DNA of 7,639 nt from Naegleria gruberi (Eukaryota): assembly GCA_000004985.1 (NCBI GenBank), contig GG739121.1. One strand, 5' to 3'. Made by a program: the position numbers and the translations under genes. The notes below the pieces were generated by a model. That model did no database searches. It was not told where the DNA came from and worked only from the letters and a program-made list of their open reading frames with translations. Below, one piece after another: positions 1-6,675 of the stretch; positions within the stretch are counted from its first letter, which is position 1, and every line of letters starts with the position of its first letter.

Positions 1-617
1 ATAGCAAAATGGTGAGGATATTCTGATGTTTGCCAATTAGCACCTCCTGCATCAGAAACAGTGCATGTTATTTGATTAGTATACACATCCTTGAATTTTG
101 TAATAACATGTTGAAGATCTTCACTTGTTTCAGACTTGCAAAACTTGAAATTGCCTGGAATTCTCAATTTTCCTTCAATATAGAGTGTTTGGATAACCTT
201 TTCGGCCAGAAAATTATTTTGAATAATATTATCATTAATTGTATGTGATTGTGTTATTGGAATAGGACCTTGAATAGCTCCAATTAATAATCCAGATTTA
301 CGATTAATACTTAAACTAGAGAAAAGATCCATTCCATCCACTTGCAAAATACCTAATGTAGTATTATCTATTCCAATGATTTCACGTAGATGTGAGAAAT
401 CAGCTGCATCTAAAGAAGTATCACCATAGCCAACATTTGGGTGATGAAAATGATTATCAAGCGTAGAAGAACATGGAAGGTCTGCAGATGCGTCAAATTT
501 TTCTGAATTTCCAGTCATATATCCTCTTCCGATACCTTCATAAAGATTATAACCCATAGCTGCTAGCAAATCTTGACCATGATACACAAAATATCTGGTG
601 ACCATCTGTGTCCACGT
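1..617 (-). CDS. Hypothetical protein, partial (runs off the left edge of the window). Downstream reading frame (frame B) of a minus-strand gene. No family assigned.
   Basis: I reverse-complemented 617..1 and translated it by hand. It gives about 205 codons with no stop, from just after a minus-strand TAA (plus-strand TTA at 618-620) to position 1. Translation: TWTQMVTRYFVYHGQDLLAAMGYNLYEGIGRGYMTGNSEKFDASADLPCSSTLDNHFHHPNVGYGDTSLDAADFSHLREIIGIDNTTLGILQVDGMDLFSSLSINRKSGLLIGAIQGPIPITQSHTINDNIIQNNFLAEKVIQTLYIEGKLRIPGNFKFCKSETSEDLQHVITKFKDVYTNQITCTVSDAGGANWQTSEYPHHFA... A stop-free frame this long is unlikely by chance in AT-rich DNA, and the codon usage matches the other genes in the window. The ORF track lists only complete ORFs and so does not list this edge-truncated frame, which is antisense to the short plus ORF 30..248. 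An in-frame ATG at 605-603 could serve as an independent start, but the frame more probably continues from the upstream frame-A ORF (next feature). Confidence 0.6.
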
Positions 618-925
618 TTATCTGGGGAATTCAAATATGAAAGGGCATCCTTTAAATATTTAAAAAAGAAGCTCTCTGTAGAGAGTTTTCCACTTTGGAT
701 AGCCTTTAAAAAGAGACTAATCAATTCCGATTGTTGGATATCATTTTCTAGGAGAGAATAAATATTATTAGAAGTTTGTGGAGTGGTAATAGTGTCATTA
801 GAAGTCTTATTCGTGTTGTGATTTGGTGATTGAATGATTTGATGATGATAACGTTGGTCGTATTGAATGTAGTTTGGAAAAAACAAGTGCAAATACTTGA
901 AAATAATGTACGTATTGTCATTCAT
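563..925 (-). CDS. Probable 5' part of the same minus-strand gene (frame A), separated from frame B by a frameshift. First ATG at 925-923. Possibly a pseudogene or a sequencing indel.
   Basis: The ORF track reports 563..940 (-), 125 aa. Its listed M is really a TTG codon at 940-938, so the first true ATG is at 925-923 (MNDNTYIIFKYLHLFFPNYIQYDQRYHHQ...). The frame is stop-free from 1042 down to the TAG at 565-563, about 160 codons. It has a hydrophobic N-proximal stretch (IIFKYLHLFFPNYI), an Asn/Thr-rich linker (QSPNHNTNKTSNDTITTPQTSNN) and a protein-like tail (IYSLLENDIQQSELISLFLKAIQSGKLSTESFFFKYLKDALSYLNSPDKRGHRWSPDI). It overlaps the start of frame B by about 50 nt in a different frame. Confidence 0.4.
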   Translation of the reverse strand: MNDNTYIIFKYLHLFFPNYIQYDQRYHHQIIQSPNHNTNKTSNDTITTPQTSNNIYSLLENDIQQSELISLFLKAIQSGKLSTESFFFKYLKDALSYLNSPDKRGHRWSPDILCIMVKIC

Positions 926-1102
926 TTCAACACGTTCCAATAATTCATTGTGCTGGTCAAATAAAAAGTACTTTCCGACCCTTCCAAAGGAATACCTTGT
1001 GGATGAATCGTCAATTTTTTTCTTTGGATTATTGGCTGTTGTTCAGTGGGTGCTAATTTGATTTCTTCTCTGAAAAAACTCTTTAATAATTGAAAGAAAA
1101 AA
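926..1102. promoter_or_regulatory. Divergent intergenic / promoter region between the minus-strand gene (ATG 925) and the plus-strand gene (ATG 1103).
   Basis: This is 177 bp between two divergently oriented start codons. It contains a T7 tract at 1015-1021 and an A-run at 1097-1103 ending in the ATG (aaaaaaATG). A-rich pre-ATG context is typical of yeast-like translation starts, and poly(dA:dT) tracts are typical promoter elements. No sequence-specific motif is claimed. Confidence 0.3.
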
Positions 1103-1326
1103 ATGAAAAGGGGCCGTATTTTTATTTTTGATAATGATCGGGTAGCGGTTGATAAAACAATCATCATCAGCAACACTAATTACTTGCATATTCATATTTT
1201 AGATTTTGACTACAATTTATTCGAACACGAAAAACTAAAAGTTTCAATTTACCAAACAAACTTCTCCACAAATCAAGTAATTACACAACCTATCATGGAA
1301 ATTCCTTTAGAAAAAAACCTCGGTAA
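1103..1326 (+). CDS. Hypothetical protein, N-terminal 74 codons only. The CDS continues into the N-run.
   Basis: ATG at 1103-1105 in an A-rich context (gaaagaaaaaaATGaaaagg). The frame is open to the start of the N-run. Translation: MKRGRIFIFDNDRVAVDKTIIISNTNYLHIHILDFDYNLFEHEKLKVSIYQTNFSTNQVITQPIMEIPLEKNLG. The ORF-track entry 1103..6535 is this start fused artefactually across the gap. Caveats: the visible frame is short, and an overlapping antisense ORF (922..1176, GTG start) exists. Confidence 0.4.
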
Positions 1327-4300
1327 NNNNNNNNNNNNNNNNNNNNNNNNNNNNNNNNNNNNNNNNNNNNNNNNNNNNNNNNNNNNNNNNNNNNNNNNNN
1401 NNNNNNNNNNNNNNNNNNNNNNNNNNNNNNNNNNNNNNNNNNNNNNNNNNNNNNNNNNNNNNNNNNNNNNNNNNNNNNNNNNNNNNNNNNNNNNNNNNNN
1501 NNNNNNNNNNNNNNNNNNNNNNNNNNNNNNNNNNNNNNNNNNNNNNNNNNNNNNNNNNNNNNNNNNNNNNNNNNNNNNNNNNNNNNNNNNNNNNNNNNNN
1601 NNNNNNNNNNNNNNNNNNNNNNNNNNNNNNNNNNNNNNNNNNNNNNNNNNNNNNNNNNNNNNNNNNNNNNNNNNNNNNNNNNNNNNNNNNNNNNNNNNNN
1701 NNNNNNNNNNNNNNNNNNNNNNNNNNNNNNNNNNNNNNNNNNNNNNNNNNNNNNNNNNNNNNNNNNNNNNNNNNNNNNNNNNNNNNNNNNNNNNNNNNNN
1801 NNNNNNNNNNNNNNNNNNNNNNNNNNNNNNNNNNNNNNNNNNNNNNNNNNNNNNNNNNNNNNNNNNNNNNNNNNNNNNNNNNNNNNNNNNNNNNNNNNNN
1901 NNNNNNNNNNNNNNNNNNNNNNNNNNNNNNNNNNNNNNNNNNNNNNNNNNNNNNNNNNNNNNNNNNNNNNNNNNNNNNNNNNNNNNNNNNNNNNNNNNNN
2001 NNNNNNNNNNNNNNNNNNNNNNNNNNNNNNNNNNNNNNNNNNNNNNNNNNNNNNNNNNNNNNNNNNNNNNNNNNNNNNNNNNNNNNNNNNNNNNNNNNNN
2101 NNNNNNNNNNNNNNNNNNNNNNNNNNNNNNNNNNNNNNNNNNNNNNNNNNNNNNNNNNNNNNNNNNNNNNNNNNNNNNNNNNNNNNNNNNNNNNNNNNNN
2201 NNNNNNNNNNNNNNNNNNNNNNNNNNNNNNNNNNNNNNNNNNNNNNNNNNNNNNNNNNNNNNNNNNNNNNNNNNNNNNNNNNNNNNNNNNNNNNNNNNNN
2301 NNNNNNNNNNNNNNNNNNNNNNNNNNNNNNNNNNNNNNNNNNNNNNNNNNNNNNNNNNNNNNNNNNNNNNNNNNNNNNNNNNNNNNNNNNNNNNNNNNNN
2401 NNNNNNNNNNNNNNNNNNNNNNNNNNNNNNNNNNNNNNNNNNNNNNNNNNNNNNNNNNNNNNNNNNNNNNNNNNNNNNNNNNNNNNNNNNNNNNNNNNNN
2501 NNNNNNNNNNNNNNNNNNNNNNNNNNNNNNNNNNNNNNNNNNNNNNNNNNNNNNNNNNNNNNNNNNNNNNNNNNNNNNNNNNNNNNNNNNNNNNNNNNNN
2601 NNNNNNNNNNNNNNNNNNNNNNNNNNNNNNNNNNNNNNNNNNNNNNNNNNNNNNNNNNNNNNNNNNNNNNNNNNNNNNNNNNNNNNNNNNNNNNNNNNNN
2701 NNNNNNNNNNNNNNNNNNNNNNNNNNNNNNNNNNNNNNNNNNNNNNNNNNNNNNNNNNNNNNNNNNNNNNNNNNNNNNNNNNNNNNNNNNNNNNNNNNNN
2801 NNNNNNNNNNNNNNNNNNNNNNNNNNNNNNNNNNNNNNNNNNNNNNNNNNNNNNNNNNNNNNNNNNNNNNNNNNNNNNNNNNNNNNNNNNNNNNNNNNNN
2901 NNNNNNNNNNNNNNNNNNNNNNNNNNNNNNNNNNNNNNNNNNNNNNNNNNNNNNNNNNNNNNNNNNNNNNNNNNNNNNNNNNNNNNNNNNNNNNNNNNNN
3001 NNNNNNNNNNNNNNNNNNNNNNNNNNNNNNNNNNNNNNNNNNNNNNNNNNNNNNNNNNNNNNNNNNNNNNNNNNNNNNNNNNNNNNNNNNNNNNNNNNNN
3101 NNNNNNNNNNNNNNNNNNNNNNNNNNNNNNNNNNNNNNNNNNNNNNNNNNNNNNNNNNNNNNNNNNNNNNNNNNNNNNNNNNNNNNNNNNNNNNNNNNNN
3201 NNNNNNNNNNNNNNNNNNNNNNNNNNNNNNNNNNNNNNNNNNNNNNNNNNNNNNNNNNNNNNNNNNNNNNNNNNNNNNNNNNNNNNNNNNNNNNNNNNNN
3301 NNNNNNNNNNNNNNNNNNNNNNNNNNNNNNNNNNNNNNNNNNNNNNNNNNNNNNNNNNNNNNNNNNNNNNNNNNNNNNNNNNNNNNNNNNNNNNNNNNNN
3401 NNNNNNNNNNNNNNNNNNNNNNNNNNNNNNNNNNNNNNNNNNNNNNNNNNNNNNNNNNNNNNNNNNNNNNNNNNNNNNNNNNNNNNNNNNNNNNNNNNNN
3501 NNNNNNNNNNNNNNNNNNNNNNNNNNNNNNNNNNNNNNNNNNNNNNNNNNNNNNNNNNNNNNNNNNNNNNNNNNNNNNNNNNNNNNNNNNNNNNNNNNNN
3601 NNNNNNNNNNNNNNNNNNNNNNNNNNNNNNNNNNNNNNNNNNNNNNNNNNNNNNNNNNNNNNNNNNNNNNNNNNNNNNNNNNNNNNNNNNNNNNNNNNNN
3701 NNNNNNNNNNNNNNNNNNNNNNNNNNNNNNNNNNNNNNNNNNNNNNNNNNNNNNNNNNNNNNNNNNNNNNNNNNNNNNNNNNNNNNNNNNNNNNNNNNNN
3801 NNNNNNNNNNNNNNNNNNNNNNNNNNNNNNNNNNNNNNNNNNNNNNNNNNNNNNNNNNNNNNNNNNNNNNNNNNNNNNNNNNNNNNNNNNNNNNNNNNNN
3901 NNNNNNNNNNNNNNNNNNNNNNNNNNNNNNNNNNNNNNNNNNNNNNNNNNNNNNNNNNNNNNNNNNNNNNNNNNNNNNNNNNNNNNNNNNNNNNNNNNNN
4001 NNNNNNNNNNNNNNNNNNNNNNNNNNNNNNNNNNNNNNNNNNNNNNNNNNNNNNNNNNNNNNNNNNNNNNNNNNNNNNNNNNNNNNNNNNNNNNNNNNNN
4101 NNNNNNNNNNNNNNNNNNNNNNNNNNNNNNNNNNNNNNNNNNNNNNNNNNNNNNNNNNNNNNNNNNNNNNNNNNNNNNNNNNNNNNNNNNNNNNNNNNNN
4201 NNNNNNNNNNNNNNNNNNNNNNNNNNNNNNNNNNNNNNNNNNNNNNNNNNNNNNNNNNNNNNNNNNNNNNNNNNNNNNNNNNNNNNNNNNNNNNNNNNNN

Positions 4301-6503
4301 NNNNNNNNNNNNNNNNNNNNNNNNNNNNNNNNNNNNNNNNNNNNNNNNNNNNNNNNNNNNNNNNNNNNNNNNNNNNNNNNNNNNNNNNNNNNNNNNNNNN
4401 NNNNNNNNNNNNNNNNNNNNNNNNNNNNNNNNNNNNNNNNNNNNNNNNNNNNNNNNNNNNNNNNNNNNNNNNNNNNNNNNNNNNNNNNNNNNNNNNNNNN
4501 NNNNNNNNNNNNNNNNNNNNNNNNNNNNNNNNNNNNNNNNNNNNNNNNNNNNNNNNNNNNNNNNNNNNNNNNNNNNNNNNNNNNNNNNNNNNNNNNNNNN
4601 NNNNNNNNNNNNNNNNNNNNNNNNNNNNNNNNNNNNNNNNNNNNNNNNNNNNNNNNNNNNNNNNNNNNNNNNNNNNNNNNNNNNNNNNNNNNNNNNNNNN
4701 NNNNNNNNNNNNNNNNNNNNNNNNNNNNNNNNNNNNNNNNNNNNNNNNNNNNNNNNNNNNNNNNNNNNNNNNNNNNNNNNNNNNNNNNNNNNNNNNNNNN
4801 NNNNNNNNNNNNNNNNNNNNNNNNNNNNNNNNNNNNNNNNNNNNNNNNNNNNNNNNNNNNNNNNNNNNNNNNNNNNNNNNNNNNNNNNNNNNNNNNNNNN
4901 NNNNNNNNNNNNNNNNNNNNNNNNNNNNNNNNNNNNNNNNNNNNNNNNNNNNNNNNNNNNNNNNNNNNNNNNNNNNNNNNNNNNNNNNNNNNNNNNNNNN
5001 NNNNNNNNNNNNNNNNNNNNNNNNNNNNNNNNNNNNNNNNNNNNNNNNNNNNNNNNNNNNNNNNNNNNNNNNNNNNNNNNNNNNNNNNNNNNNNNNNNNN
5101 NNNNNNNNNNNNNNNNNNNNNNNNNNNNNNNNNNNNNNNNNNNNNNNNNNNNNNNNNNNNNNNNNNNNNNNNNNNNNNNNNNNNNNNNNNNNNNNNNNNN
5201 NNNNNNNNNNNNNNNNNNNNNNNNNNNNNNNNNNNNNNNNNNNNNNNNNNNNNNNNNNNNNNNNNNNNNNNNNNNNNNNNNNNNNNNNNNNNNNNNNNNN
5301 NNNNNNNNNNNNNNNNNNNNNNNNNNNNNNNNNNNNNNNNNNNNNNNNNNNNNNNNNNNNNNNNNNNNNNNNNNNNNNNNNNNNNNNNNNNNNNNNNNNN
5401 NNNNNNNNNNNNNNNNNNNNNNNNNNNNNNNNNNNNNNNNNNNNNNNNNNNNNNNNNNNNNNNNNNNNNNNNNNNNNNNNNNNNNNNNNNNNNNNNNNNN
5501 NNNNNNNNNNNNNNNNNNNNNNNNNNNNNNNNNNNNNNNNNNNNNNNNNNNNNNNNNNNNNNNNNNNNNNNNNNNNNNNNNNNNNNNNNNNNNNNNNNNN
5601 NNNNNNNNNNNNNNNNNNNNNNNNNNNNNNNNNNNNNNNNNNNNNNNNNNNNNNNNNNNNNNNNNNNNNNNNNNNNNNNNNNNNNNNNNNNNNNNNNNNN
5701 NNNNNNNNNNNNNNNNNNNNNNNNNNNNNNNNNNNNNNNNNNNNNNNNNNNNNNNNNNNNNNNNNNNNNNNNNNNNNNNNNNNNNNNNNNNNNNNNNNNN
5801 NNNNNNNNNNNNNNNNNNNNNNNNNNNNNNNNNNNNNNNNNNNNNNNNNNNNNNNNNNNNNNNNNNNNNNNNNNNNNNNNNNNNNNNNNNNNNNNNNNNN
5901 NNNNNNNNNNNNNNNNNNNNNNNNNNNNNNNNNNNNNNNNNNNNNNNNNNNNNNNNNNNNNNNNNNNNNNNNNNNNNNNNNNNNNNNNNNNNNNNNNNNN
6001 NNNNNNNNNNNNNNNNNNNNNNNNNNNNNNNNNNNNNNNNNNNNNNNNNNNNNNNNNNNNNNNNNNNNNNNNNNNNNNNNNNNNNNNNNNNNNNNNNNNN
6101 NNNNNNNNNNNNNNNNNNNNNNNNNNNNNNNNNNNNNNNNNNNNNNNNNNNNNNNNNNNNNNNNNNNNNNNNNNNNNNNNNNNNNNNNNNNNNNNNNNNN
6201 NNNNNNNNNNNNNNNNNNNNNNNNNNNNNNNNNNNNNNNNNNNNNNNNNNNNNNNNNNNNNNNNNNNNNNNNNNNNNNNNNNNNNNNNNNNNNNNNNNNN
6301 NNNNNNNNNNNNNNNNNNNNNNNNNNNNNNNNNNNNNNNNNNNNNNNNNNNNNNNNNNNNNNNNNNNNNNNNNNNNNNNNNNNNNNNNNNNNNNNNNNNN
6401 NNNNNNNNNNNNNNNNNNNNNNNNNNNNNNNNNNNNNNNNNNNNNNNNNNNNNNNNNNNNNNNNNNNNNNNNNNNNNNNNNNNNNNNNNNNNNNNNNNNN
6501 NNN
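1327..6503. other. Assembly gap or hard-masked region: 5,177 consecutive N.
   Basis: Counted directly from the sequence. The last real base before the run is a1326 (cggtaa), and the first real base after it is t6504 (ttcagag). All poly-X ORFs (1103..6535, 1293..6788, 1307..6580) owe their length to this run. Confidence 0.99.
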
Positions 6504-6644
6504 TTCAGAGTAGCGCAACAACATGTACTTGTTGAACATGACCCAATATTCATAACGGGTAGCACATGCAACGCAACCAATAAGCAATGAAGCTAAAATA
6601 AACACCAACAATGTAACTTTGTAGGATTTCCTCTTCCACACCAT
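6504..6644 (-). CDS. Possible N-terminus (47 codons) of a membrane or secreted protein continuing into the gap. Weak call.
   Basis: The reverse complement gives ATG at 6644-6642, then MVWKRKSYKVTLLVFILASLLIGCVACATRYEYWVMFNKYMLLRYSE, open to the gap edge. A basic n-region (KRK) followed by a 19-residue hydrophobic stretch is the pattern of a signal peptide or signal anchor. Against it: the ATG context is poor (T at -3), it lies only 31 bp from the divergent ATG at 6676, and a competing plus-strand frame (FRVAQQHVLVEHDPIFITGSTCNATNKQ, stop at 6588-6590) is equally open. The ORF-track entry 1293..6788 contains this frame but extends it antisense over the real plus CDS. Confidence 0.25.
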
Positions 6645-6675
6645 CAAATAGCTTAAAAAAAAAATCATCAAAAAT
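6591..6675 (+). promoter_or_regulatory. 5' flank / leader of the AAA-ATPase-like gene, including an A10 tract.
   Basis: A10 homopolymer at 6655-6664, followed by tcatcaaaaatATG. An in-frame TAG at 6649-6651 closes the reading frame upstream of the ATG, fixing 6676 as the first possible start. No TATA consensus seen. Confidence 0.3.

Noticed and set aside
30-248. Plus-strand ORF of 72 aa (MPISTSCIRNSACYLISIHILEFCNNMLKIF...).
   Set aside because: It lies antisense inside the 205-codon stop-free minus frame B. It is short and Cys/Ile-rich, and its composition is typical of shadow ORFs.
560-620. Programmed ribosomal frameshift or intron as the explanation for the frame A to frame B switch.
   Set aside because: There is no canonical -1 slippery heptamer (X_XXY_YYZ) in frame and no Ty1/Ty3-type +1 site. 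There is no GTATGT 5' splice site or TACTAAC branch point on the minus strand in 560-940. An indel or two separate genes is the simpler explanation.
573-761. Plus-strand ORF of 62 aa.
   Set aside because: Antisense to the longer minus frame-A ORF, with no supporting features.
563-940. ORF-track start codon for the 125-aa minus ORF at 940-938.
   Set aside because: That codon is TTG (Leu), not ATG. In a eukaryotic context the first usable start is ATG 925-923, and the frame is open further upstream to 1042 without any ATG.
922-1176. Minus-strand ORF of 84 aa (MLLMMIVLSTATRSL...TMNYWNVLK), a possible 5' extension of the left gene through a second frameshift.
   Set aside because: It starts with GTG (the ORF track accepts GTG/TTG starts, which is not appropriate for a eukaryote). 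Its upstream half is antisense to the plus-strand start at 1103 and translates the A-rich promoter tract into low-complexity IFFFQLLKSFF. I cannot exclude that its 3' part reflects a second indel in the same gene.
6504-6640. Possible tRNA or other structured RNA in the slightly GC-richer block (gtagcgcaacaacatgtacttgttgaacatgacccaatattcataacgggtagcacatgcaacgcaacc).
   Set aside because: There is no GTTCRANYC T-loop, no cloverleaf-compatible acceptor/anticodon pairing that I could fold by eye, and no 3' CCA-adjacent acceptor. It reads better as coding sequence.
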